39,463 nt of DNA, from assembly GCF_004010195.1 (NCBI RefSeq), contig NC_057728.1, positions 54,748,496 to 54,787,958 of the forward strand, given 5' to 3'. The notes below the pieces were generated by a model. It was not told the DNA's origin, did not search any database, and saw nothing but the letters and a program-made list of their open reading frames with translations. Within the stretch, counting starts at the first letter, position 1; each line of letters opens with the position of its first letter. Origin of the DNA: Chiloscyllium plagiosum. Its lineage: Eukaryota. Both the position numbers and the translations under genes were made by a program. This document shows, piece after piece, positions 1 through 12,500 of this stretch.

Positions 1-715
1 AGGTCCTTCAGCCATTGTTACCTCAGGGAGATTGCTTGTGTCTTCCCCAGTGAACACAGATCTGAAGTACCAATTCAATTTTCTGCCATTTCTTTGTTCC
101 CCGTAATATATTCCCCTGTTTCTGTCTTCAAGGGCCCAATTTTTGTCCTAACCATTTTTTTGCCTTGCACATACTTAAAAAAGCTTTTACTATCCTCCTT
201 AATATTATTGGCCAGTTTACCTTCATACCTCATTTTTTCTCTGCATATTTCCTTCTTAGTAATCCTCTGTTGTTCTTTAAAAGCTTCCCAGTCCTCCGTT
301 TTCCCACTTATCTTTGCTTTGTTATAATTTTTCTCTTTTAACTTTATATGTTTCTTAACTTCCCTTGTCAGCCATGGCCACCCATGACTCTTCCTAGGAT
401 CTTTCTTCCATTTTGGAATGAACTGATCCTGCAACTTCTGCATTATACACAGAAATATCCGCCATTGTTCCTCCACTGTCATCCCTGCTAAGGTATTGCA
501 CCATTGAACTTTGGCCAGCTCCTCCCTCATAACTCCATAGTTCCCTTTATTCAACTGAAAAATTGTCACATCCGATTGTACCCTCTCCCTCTCAAATTGC
601 AGATTGAAGCTTATTGTATTATGGTCACTACTTCCCAATGGCTCCTTCACTTCGAGGTGCCTGACCAATTCTGATTCGTTGCACAATACCAGATCCAGAA
701 TTGCCTTCTCCCTGG
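1..715 (-). mobile_element. CR1-clade LINE ORF2 fragment (APE endonuclease C-terminus and linker), 5'-truncated, runs off the window
   Basis: Minus-strand translation AILDLVLCN...EPLGSSDHNTI (APE SDH motif), PWLT, K.FFKYV..K; frameshift near 75. Confidence 0.88.
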
Positions 716-1520
716 CAATTCTCTATACTGTTAAAACTTGAGCAAATATTCTATGAGTTAATAGTTAATAATAAGTGTTCAAGTCAGGACTTTAGAAATT
801 CCTGAGAGCTTTGGAGAAGAGGAGACAAGAAGCCAGAGCAGTTTATCACAGCTGAGAGTGGGTGTTGAAAAACCCTCAAGCAGCATTTGCTTGATGCAAC
901 TGAGTCAACGTAGAGCACAGAAAACCAAGAGTAGCTCTAGCATGGTGAAGCTAGCTGTCTGTCATTGAAAAGTTGATGTTGTGCCTGGTCAATGGTACAT
1001 TTTCTGATGTCCAGGGAGCACAGACCCAGGAAAAGAGAATGACATTCCAAAACAAGAACCTTTCATAACAGAATGGCTATTGAGAGGAAATTTCAAGATC
1101 AAGTTAGCAAATATCAGGGATTGTAATCCCTTGTGAAGTTTAATGAGATTTGATGACCCACCATTTATTAATGTCTCAGGAGACTTACTGAAAAATCTAT
1201 GGCATTTACCTTGATCACACTTGACATTTGACATGAGCTATCTGATCATAGTCTATTACCCAAATTTATCAGATGTTAATTGGGGGTATTAAAATATAAA
1301 TTGCACATGTATTGTACAGTGTTGTACTGCTGTAATGTGTATAATAAAGTTTATTGTTGTTTGCTTTATTCTCTTAGTAAGTCCCCTGGATCTCACACTT
1401 TTCCACTTCAAAATAATGTTACCAATTCCTAGCCAGCTCATAACATCAATTTGACAGAATTGCAACATCCTTGATTATCTTTTAGACTTAACTTTTTAAA
1501 ACTTTCATTTGTGATTTTAG

Positions 1521-1592
1521 GCAGCATGCAACTGTTTGACTGGATATCAAGGTGATGGAAAGACCTGTGAACCAGTGAACCCTTGTCGAGTG
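1521..1592 (+). CDS. STAB2: STAB2 exon, EGF-like ([24 protein letters not shown])
   Basis: tttag| acceptor, |gtaagc donor; 72 nt, phase 0/0; C.C..GY.GDG..C motif. Confidence 0.93.
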
Positions 1593-4500
1593 GTAAGCAC
1601 AAAATCGGTTGTTGTACAAAACTTCATGAATACAAATTAGTTAGTAATAACTCAGATTCAAAGTTAGAATGAGGTGTGATTTTTAAAAAACTTCTCCTTT
1701 TACCTTATTACAGGACAATGGAGGCTGCAGTGATTTTGCTACTTGCAATCACACTGGGCCAAATGAGCGAGTGTGTAGCTGTTTGACGAGTTACATTGGT
1801 GATGGGTTTACCTGTAAGGGGACTATATACAAGGTGTGTTTTCTGATGTTATTGCTACGGATCAGTGCTTCAACAAGAGTCATGTTTCCATTCAGTGTTC
1901 TCTGCAGATCAACCACTAAGGAATAATTTTTCACTCTTTCTTTCCAGGAGATGACAAGAAGCACAGCATATTCCCGGTTTTTCTATCATCTTCAGGTAAC
2001 ATTTTCTTAGCAATTGGTGTAATAGTGCATAAATATTTTTTATTCTTTCATGTAATGTATGCATTGCTGGCAGCACTTGTTGCCCACCCCTACTTGCCCT
2101 TGAGCTTTCTGGGTCATTTGAGAGCATAGTGGCTTGGATGGCAATGTGGCTCAGTGGTTAGTACTGAATGCCTGCTAGCACGAGGGACCCAGGTTCAATT
2201 CCAGCCTTGGGTGACTGTCTGTGTGGAGTTTGCACGTTCTCCCTGTGTCTGTGTGGGTTTCCTCCCACAGTCCAAAAATGTGCAGGTTAGGTGAATTGGC
2301 CATGCTAAATTGCCCATAGTGTTAGGTGAAGGGGTAAATGTAGGGGAATGGGTCTGAGTGGGTTGCTCTTCAGAGGGTCGGTGTGGACTTGTTGGGCCAA
2401 AGGGCCTGTTTCCACGCTGTAAGTATTCTAATATAATCTAAATTACTCCATAGTGTCCAGGGATGTGGAGTAGCAATGGGGAATGCAGGGTTATGGGGAT
2501 GGGTGGTGTTCCCTTTCAAGAGTAGGTGGTGCCAAATGGTCTGCTTCCAAGCCATAGGGATTTTTTTAGAAAAAAGCAATTAAGTATCGACCACATTCCT
2601 GCAGGTCTGGAGACACATATCGGCCAGTCTCAGTAAGGATAGCAGATTTCAGTGGTGGCACAGTGGTTAGCACTGCTGCCTCACAGCGCCAGAGACCCGG
2701 GTTCAATTCCCGCCTCAGGCGACTGACTGTGTGGAGTTTGCACATTCTCCCCGTGTCAGCATGGGTTTCCTCTGGGTGCTCCGGTTTCCTCCCACAGTCC
2801 AAAGATGTGCAGGTTAGGTGAATATGCCATGCTAAATTGTCCGTAGTGTTAGGTAAGGGGTAAATGTAGGGGTATGGGTGTGTTGCGCTTCAGCGGGTCG
2901 GTGTGGACTTGTTGGGCCGAAGGGCCTGTTTCCACACTGTAAAGTAATCTAATCTAATCTAAAAAAATCTAATTTCCTCCTCTCAATGGGATTAGTATAT
3001 CAGTTGGTGACATTCTCGCCATCAATGGAAGTTAAAATTAATTCAAACAGTTTTACAGTTCAGCGAGTGCAAGGCAGCACCGTAAGGAAAATTACAATCA
3101 TGACCCAGAAACACAATCTCATAAGTAGTTGAAGTAAGGGTAATTCACCAGTCCCCTCATCTCAGTCAGTATCTTCACTTGGAGGAAACGTGGGTTGGAG
3201 ATAAAGCTACAATAATTGCAGCATCAGCATGTCAGGTCACACTCCCCATGTGCCTGAATCGCTGCTCCAGTTGAGGATGGAAACATTGGATTTGCCCTGT
3301 CATGTTCTCTGAAATAGAATGGATGCCACATTAGGTTGTAGTTCTGGATAAGGAGTGATGGTTGAGGTTCTGACCAAGTGAGCTGCTTTGTCCTCAATAT
3401 GATAGGGTTAGGGTTACAATTAAACTGTTGAGCTTCTGAAATGTCGTTGGAACAGCAGGCATGGACCACTGATCAATTCTGAGCTTTTGTGTCGAACAGA
3501 CAGTGGCAAACTGGGGGTATATATTTTTTCATTACTCATTCATGGGATGTGAGGGTTGCTGGCTTGGCCAACATTTATTATCTATCCCTAGCTGCCCCTG
3601 AGTGGGTAGTGGTGAGCGACTTTCATGAACTGCTGGAGTCCATTTGACGTAGTTATACATGAGGCACCCCAGCCCTTGGCAATCATGAACAGCTCAGTCC
3701 TCTTTGTCTTTCTGTCTGTCTCCCTTGCTAGTTTATTCCATTTCAATTGTAGGTTTTGGAGAGGCACAATTCATTAGAGTTTTTGCCTCATTGATGTATA
3801 ACGCAGTACATGAAAGATCCATTCATTCCTGTGTGTGAGGGATTGTGCAAATGAATGGAAATGTGGATTAAGCATTTCTATATGCAGTCTCTCCAGCTGG
3901 GCAGCCTTACAAGGAAGTGGGTCTAAACAGGAACTTGCAGATTGGCTGTGATGCCGTTTTATGTATGCCTCAATCACCATCAGCAAAGCAAATGATCTGG
4001 TATTATCTATCCATCAGGACCTGAAATGGGTCATTAATCTGGTATTATCCATCTATTAGGACCTGGAGTAGGTCATTAATCTGGTACTATCTATCGATTA
4101 GGATCCACAGTAGGCTATTCAACCCGTCGAGCCTGCTCTACCTTTCAATAAGATGAGATCAGATTAGCTCTTGGCCTTCCACTCTCCTATACACCCTCGA
4201 TAACATTGAACCCTTGTTTGTCAATACTCTATTTATCTCTTCCATAAAAATGACCTCCCCCTCCCTGTCTGCGGAAGAGAGCTTCACAGACTCAGAGTCC
4301 TAAGGGGAAATAAATTCTCCTCATCTCTACCTTAAATGTGAGATCCCCTTATTTTTAAACTGTGTTGGGTAGTTCAAGTCTCCCCCACAATGGGAACCAC
4401 CCTTTTAGCCTCCATATAAAATGAAAATTTTAACTGGAACTGGATGTTTCAAAGTAAGATCTTCCTTTCTTTCCGTACAGCTTAATGGTGTCACTGAACT

Positions 4501-6519
4501 GGGTGGTTCGGGCCCTTTCACTGTGTTCGTTCCAAGCAATGAAGCATTTAAGAATGAAGCTAAGGTAGGTGCAGGTGGGCTTTTGAGCTGTGTGCAGGTG
4601 GTTTGAGTAATTTTGCATGAATGTTCAATCATCTCCATGTTCTCTTTAACATTTAGATACAGGACTGGACAGCGAATGGACAAATGGCGCAGGTCCTCCG
4701 TTATCACATTGTGGCATGTAATCAAGTATTGTATAATCAGCTAATCTCTGGGAAAAGTCTTATCACTGTTCATGGAGAAACTATAAAGTTTTCCTACGTA
4801 AAGGTGAGAAGCTGAGCTGCAATATTGCACAAGCATTGGATGATGTAAAGTGTAATTCAAGTTAATTTATGCTTAATGAGTTTTGAGAAGATTTTGTAGC
4901 TCAGCTACAATTAAGCTCAGCTATGATTGATGCTTAGATTGTAAATTAATAAGGTGAGGAGGGAGAGAAAACTGAAGCAACAAAGGGATACTTTTAGCTC
5001 AGTTGGTAGCAGAAGGTTGTGAGTTCAAGCCCCTTCCCAAGACTTAAGTCCACATGATATGCTGGCAATCCAATTAGTTATTACCTATGAGTCAAAGCTA
5101 CTACCTGTTGAATGAAGTGTTAACCTGAGGACCTATCCACTCTCTCGGGAAGATCCCACATTCAAAGAAGAGTTCTGTCTGTTCTCTGGGCCTCATATTC
5201 ATCCTTCAACCAACATCACTAAAACCAATCACTTGGTCATTCATTTGAGTATCTGTTCATTGCAACTTGCTGTGCATAAATTGAGTTCTAAAGAGAGTTC
5301 TAAAAATTTAAAATCCTCTGTCAGAAGAATAATTCTTTTTATCTCTTCTTAAAGGGATTACCCTTGTTTGTAAACCATGTGTCCCTGTCGCCCCCCCCCC
5401 AGTTCTAGATTCTGTCGCAAGAGGAAACATCCTTTCCATATTCACCCTGTCAGCGCACTCAAGATCTTGTTGAATATGGTTCAGTCAAGTTATTTCTCAC
5501 TATTCTAAACCCCCAGTGGATACATGCCTGACCTGTCCAACGTTTCATCAAGACATAATTTGCCCATTGCAAGTATTAGTCGAATAAACTTTCTCTGAAT
5601 TCCCTCAGTGCATTTACATTGAATCATAGATTCCCTACAGTGTGGAAACAGGCCATTTGACCCAACACAAGCCCTCTGAAGAGTAAATCTCCCAAACCCA
5701 TTCCCCTACCCTATTATTCTACATTTCCCCTGACTAATGCACCTAATCTACATATCCCTGACTACTATGGGCAATTTAGCATGGCCCATTCACCTAACCT
5801 GTACATCTTTAGATTGTGGGAGGAAACCGGAGCACCAGGAGGAAACCTATATAGACACAGAGAGAGTGTGCAAACTTCACACAGACAGTCACCCGAGGCT
5901 AGAATCAAAAGCAGATCCCTGGTTCAGTGAGGCAGCAGTGCTAACCTCTGAGCCACCATGCTGCCAGGATAATAAACAGGGATATTATCAATGCCAACAG
6001 TGTGGTTCATTTCATCGACAAGCTCTTCTCACCTCAAAATATGCAGATCAATCCAAAGAATGGTGGGGGCTACACATATGTAAGGATGTCAATGTTCTTT
6101 ATATAAAGAGTTCAATATTGTATTATATAATTCGTGCAGTGCAAGTTACTCAGAACCGTTCTGTTATGGGGCCAGTACTGTCTTTAATCGATGCAAAATT
6201 ACTGCCCTGTATTTCTCCAATCAGCTATGATTTCATTGCATGGTGAAGCAGACTCAATGGGCTGAAAGGCCGACTTATACTCCCACCTCTTATGGTCTCC
6301 TAGTAACAGCAAGTTTCTGTGAATGTTCCTACAATAATCTGAGTTTCAAATTCACAATCTTTGTTGTTGAATCCATACCTTCCCTTTTTCCAACCTTTGA
6401 GACCTCCAGCAGTCACACAACCCACTAGATTCCCCCAACCCCTGATGCCATGTGGAATTCCCTGCTTCCATATCCTGTCAGAAGAGGGAATGCCTTCAGC
6501 TTTCCAGGCCCCAAGTTCT

Positions 6520-6562
<43 letters not shown>

Positions 6563-9500
6563 CCCCTTTCTCTTTCTCTCTCTCTCTTTCCCTCTCTCTT
6601 TTTCTCTTTCTCTTTTTGTCTCCCTTTCTTTCTCTTTCTCTCTGTCTCTCTTCTTTTAAGATTCTACATAAAGCCTACCCCTTCGACTAAACTTGTCCTT
6701 TCTGGCTCAGTATCTGATTACACTCCTGTGAAGCCTCTTGAGTTGAGGGTGCTACATAGATGCAAGTTGGGTTGCTGCTACCAGGTAGATTTCTGCCTTC
6801 ACGACATAGAGTGTCACTGGGCAGAGTGGGTTGCTCCCTGCTTGAGAGTAATAAAAACTGGCAGATTCTATAAATGGCATTGAATCTATCCCACCAGATA
6901 ATCATTGAGATCCTGAAAGTGAAAATTTGTCACCACCAGTTGTTAATGATAGATTTGATTGGAATTTATTTTGACATGTATTCCATGTTATTTTTGACGG
7001 CATTCTAATAGAGACTTTTCCATGCCTTTTCATTCACAGAACACCTTGTATCTAAACAACAATGCCAGGATAATAAACAGTGATATTATCAATGCCAATG
7101 GTGTGGTTCATTTCATCGACAAGCTCCTCTCACCTCAAAACATGCAGACCATTCCAAAGGAAGATGGAGGCTACAAATATGTAAGGATGTCAATGTTCAG
7201 AAAATTAAAAGTCATGTTAATTCTGGAAACTGCTTGTTAAATTAATATAATCCTGTACAGTAGAATGCGAACAAATATATTAATGAAGATGATGATGTGC
7301 AGGACAATGCCTCTGTGATGTCGAAACACAGAAAAGAGAAGAATGGAAACTGTCTTTAAGAGCTGTATTCAGTATTCTGTATATTAGAATGTAGATGAAG
7401 AGTTTATAGGGCTTAAAGAAAGTAAAGAGAGAGTTACACTTAGTTAAAGTAAAGGTAGAGATGTTGTCAGAGCAGGAGCAAGCTACAGAGGTAGAACAGC
7501 CTCAAGATTACAGTGCTGATATCCAATGACAGGTCCCATGGTATTAGAATCCATGAGGGTATAATGTCGCGAGGGTATAATGGCCTCGTGGTATTATTGT
7601 TGGAGTATTAATTCAGAGAGGCAGGAAATGTTCTAGGGACCCAGGTTTGCATCTTGTCATGGCATATATTGGAATTTGAATTCAGTAAAAATCTGGAATT
7701 AAGAGTCTCAGGATGACCATGAAACCATTGTCGATTGTTGTGAAAACCCATCTGGTTCACTAATATCCTCCAGGGAAATAAATCTGCCATCCTTGCCTTC
7801 TCTGGCCTACATGTAACTTGAGATCAACAGCAATGTGGTTGATTCTTAGATGCCTTCTGGGCAATTAGGGATGAGCAGTAAATGCTGGCCCAACCATCAA
7901 TTCTCACATCGCATGAATGAATAAAATCAAAATGCAGTGTGGTCAGCACAAGCAGGAAGACTAAGTGATGACATTGCAAATAATTGGTAGGATTATATTA
8001 GAGAATGAATCAAAATCATGATATTTGTTTTTTCTGATCTTGCCAATTTCTGGAAAGCTGTGTTGGATTTGAATAAGCACGGCAGCCTTTATACGAAATG
8101 GGCTCTGATTTGCAATTACTTCATGTGATAAGTTTTTGAAATAAGACTTTGGGTTTCAGCACCACTGGATTATTGAACAATGTATAATTGTCACAGAATC
8201 AATTGACACTGAAACCTTAACCTAAACAGTTTCTGTGGGTTGTTAATAGTCCTTGGTGGCTGTAAATAGCAGTTTTTAGTTTTAATTCATTTAACAAACC
8301 TAAATGAAGAATTCTGTTAAAATAGAACACAGGATAAATCTGTTAAACTGAAAGACATCTGATGTTGACACAGTCAGGTATATACATTTCAAACTGTAAT
8401 TGCACGGTGACAAATTGTAACTTTCTTTAATATTTAATTGAGAAGGTGGTGTTGAACCACCTCCTTGAACTGCTGTAGTCCATGTTGGTGTCAGTACACC
8501 CAAAGTGAAGATAGGTCACAAGTTTCAGCTATTTGACCCAGTGGTGATGAGGGAAAGGCAATGGACATCTTTATCAGGATGGTGTATGTCAGGGTGGGAT
8601 ACTTCCAGATTTTCCACATATTTGCTGTCCTTGCTCTTTAGGCTTTTGCACATCTTGTGTTTGGGTAATTCTAAACTCTTTCAAAATGCCAAATGTAAAG
8701 CAACCAGTTAAACAATTAACAAACAAAGTTCACTACAAGCAGTGTAATAATAACAAAATCAGAAAAGGGAGATGGGGTGTCAAGGGAAGAACTAAATGTA
8801 AAGGGTGTTAGTAAGGAAGGTACTGCAACCCAGTCCCCGTGGGGTTCACCTATCTCTCAAGCGTTGAGATTACAGATAGACACTGCAGGGACAAAGGCAT
8901 GGACATTGCCGTGAAAGAGAGAGAGGCAGTTGGGAATTATGATCCCCTCCACGGCTCACAGCCTGGACCTGTTCATGCAAGGATCTAGCTCTTTTTGCTT
9001 TTATTACGTTCAGAGGAGAAGACATAAACTGAAATTCCCAATTCTCTTCGCTTACTTTTGCAGTCCTGTTTTTTTTTGAGAAGAGAAATGTGTTTCTAAG
9101 TCAGTTTTTTCTGTGGTTAGTTTAACAAACCAACAGCAGACTTTGGGGTCAAAAATAAAATTTATTTCTTTATCCGGGTCTGAATCCTATGCCACAGAAT
9201 CACACGCTGAAGGTGGATCCAACTAAAGAAGATGGTCTGCTTTTACACTTCTGCTTTGGGGCAACTAAATGTGTGAATGAAGACAGATGGGGGATCAAAG
9301 CGAAGGATTGTAGAATCCTGGTGTTTAACTGAGGCCTCTGCATTGCTTTAAGACTGAACATCACAAGACTGTTTTTTTAATGTATATTTTCTAATAAGAA
9401 CCTAGCTCCTAAATACTAAATCCAATGAATATCACCTTCTCTCAGTCAACTCTGGAACTGTTTTAATTTACTCTAAAAAGGACCTGCATTTTTAACCTTA

Positions 9501-12500
9501 TCGAACTTTTTTCTCTCTTCAGCCGAATCTCACAACTCTAGCAGCAGAGAATGGATATTCCATCTTCACCAATCTATTACAGGTAAGCAACATTTGTTTA
9601 CCATAACCGAACAAACATTGCTTACTGTTTTGGGAGACATGGCATTATGGAACCATGCAGCAAGGATGGAGGTCGTTTCGTACCTATGCTAACTCCATGA
9701 TAGAGGCGTCCATTTTGCCTTATATTTTTACCTTCACTCTGCAAATATTTTCTCCAATGACCTTTCTCAAATTCCCTCCTGGATCTCCAATTGAAAAAGC
9801 TACCAGCGCTTTTTGAAGCAGTAATTTCCAGATTGTATCGGCTTGTTTTGAAGTGCACTGGAGTTATGCCATAAAGTGCCAGTGTACCACTATATCATAT
9901 GGGATGGTGTGTATCAGTATGCATTAACTGGGGTTGAGGTGATGGTGGGTTGTGGTAATGTCACTGGATCATTGATCTCTAAACCCAGGATAAAGCTCTG
10001 GGCACAAAGGATAAATTCCACAATAGCAGCTGAATCAAAATTAGTCCAAAGAAAAAGAACTGGCAGGAAAACTACTATCACTACACAGTAGTTTTGAAAA
10101 ATTATCATCAGTTGTAGCAAAACCCATCCTTGAGGGAAGGAAATCCTCACATGGCCTACATGTGACTCCAGACCCACAGCAATGTGGTTGACCTGCAACT
10201 GCCCTTTGGACAATTAGAGATGGAAAACAAATGTTGGCCATGCCAGGCACACTCACATCCTATGAAAAAATAAATATATTTTAAAAAAGGGGTGCACGTT
10301 AAGTTTGTCCTTTGTATTGAGCATCTCTGGGTTTCTCTGAAGATTGTTGAACCCAATGCCTGTCACAATGATCACAGCACATTCTGAATTTTTTTAAAAC
10401 ATTGCTCCTCCATACATTCTCTCTGTTTGATACAAATCTGCCATTTAGTTGCTTCCAAATACTGTGTCTTAGCTGCAGCATAACAGCCTTTTTGCTTGCA
10501 CATCTTTACCATAAAACTGCATCAACCTCCTTTCGAGGGACTATTGGACATACATATTTCTGAATATTGTTATTGCGTGCCACTGCATGCAATGTTATCT
10601 GAAGTTGAATTCTAATCTGATTATCTGTTTCTTAGGAGGTACATCAACTGAGTGGAAGTGTTCATCAAAGGTGCATTGGCTCAGTTGATATAGGTTAGAT
10701 CTTTACAGACAAAGGCTGCACTTGAGTACTGTAGCTATTATCGCAAAGTGAACAGCTGATCATTGAGAGTAATAGAGTTAGATTTAAATTTTATGTGTAC
10801 TCAAGTGCGGGGTACAAGACTACAGTGAAAAGTGTACAATGTCACCACACATCTTAGGTACAAAGTGCCTCGATACAAAATCTTAGTTACAGAAATAAAG
10901 AAATAAGTTAAAAAGTAATAATGCAATAAAGAGTGGGGAAAAAAACACACACGTAGGTGCTTGTTAACTTGCAATTCAAGAAGAAAGGAATTTATTCACC
11001 ATGTTTATTAAAATTAGATCTGCTGTAGGTTCATTTAAAAATTGTAGCCTTCCAAAGAAAAGGTGATAAGAATTTTGACCTTTCCATCTGAATATTGTAA
11101 TTAACAAGACATTGAAAAAGCAGAAACTAAGAGTGGTGAAAGTCAATGGGAAAATGTGATTCATCAGGAATGCATCATTACATTTTTTATTGAGAACCTG
11201 GTTTGAGCACTTTCCTTTACCCCCAATTTAAAGGGTCACTCTTTAGAAAGAACAATTAACCGTGAAAATTCAAGGTCAGATAAGTAGTAAGTGTGGATGC
11301 TTTGGTTTTATTATGTACTTGAGCATCACAGGGAAGGTAGTAGTTTTTCATTCACAAGAGCAGTAAATGGGGGAGAATGTCCTACATACAGATGCAGAAA
11401 TGAAAGGTAAAGTCGCAATAGTCTTACCTGACCATAGGCTGCTCTCTAATTAGAGAGAGGCATCTGGTAGTGATTTAACCTGAGGGCCACTACGCCTCTG
11501 GTGAGAGGAGAGGTTGAGAAGGAGAGTCCTCAGCCCAGTGTGGGAATTGGCATCATTTTCCAGTGCAAACCAGTCATCCAGCCAACTGATCTAGCATTTC
11601 CCCAAGAAATGTGGAAGTAACATATTAGAGGAGATAAATTATATTGGTCAAGACAGTCAGAATTTATTTTAGTTTATTGCAACTAAACATTAATACACTT
11701 TCAAAGAGCCAGCATCAGCACAATAAACCAAATGTTTCTGTGCTGTACGTTCCTATGATTCTATCGTAGTAAATGCATACAAAGGTTGATAGTGAACCTG
11801 CTGTTTAATGTATCCAATTCTGTACCTGGAGCACATGGCTCTGCAAAGAATTTTCAATTCATTGATTAATCCCAGTCCAGGAATACAATGGGATGAAATG
11901 CATGTGGGTTCTGTAATAGATAGCTTATAAGTGATGCAATTAACCTAACAATGTGCTGAGTGAGCAAAGCATAGGGTTTTAACTCTAATCCCTAGATTTA
12001 CTCAACTATATTTGCCCCAATCAGTATTTACTAGTGTTTCTGCTCCACACAAGCCTCATTGGCTGTATAGTTGACTAGTGATGTTAGTGTAATAGTTTTT
12101 ATGACACATTGCAAAATCTTGCCGCAATTAATCAATGAAGTTTATTGTATTTATTTCTATCATTCCAGGAGACAAATCTACTGAGTATGATAAACGATCC
12201 ATTGCACAAACCAGTCACCCTGTTCTTACCAAAAGACACTGTCATGAAATACTTACCAAAAACTCGAAAGAACTACTTATATAATAAGGACAACCGAAAT
12301 ATTCTGATTGAATACCTTAAGTTTCATATTATCAGAGATGCCAAGGTAATCTCCTCATTTCCAGACAGAGTTCAGACATTGTGTGATGTAATATACATAA
12401 AATGTTTGCTTTATTTTGCAATGCATGTTGTTATGGATCTAACTGCGGTTTTGGAAATGTGATATTGTTTACATTGAATAATTAAAGAAGACTATGTTTG

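Noticed and set aside
2651..2715. tRNA-like A/B boxes here and at other SINE heads
   Set aside because: They continue into SINE bodies and tails; no complete cloverleaf was seen, so they are not called tRNA genes.
2566..2802. Recurrent [13 protein letters not shown] peptides (also in ORFs at 5737 and 36825)
   Set aside because: Antisense translation of HE1-like SINEs, not a protein family.
3995..4120. CRISPR-like periodicity
   Set aside because: Head-to-tail tandem units with no unique spacers, in a vertebrate intron with no cas genes.
5952..5972. Perfect Kozak GCCACCATG just before the duplicated exon
   Set aside because: It is the antisense of the SINE head and reads ATG CTG CCA GGA TAA, out of frame with the exon copy.
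6361..6883. Leu/Ser/Phe-rich ORFs resembling membrane proteins
   Set aside because: Translation of a (CT)n microsatellite.
8650..9460. Possible further LTR-like element
   Set aside because: No convincing TG...CA termini or TSD could be identified.
10636..10670. Candidate cryptic exon (ttcttag|GAG...AAAG|gtgcat)
   Set aside because: 35 nt, frame-shifting, weak donor, no FAS1 similarity; the flanking exons already join without a gap.
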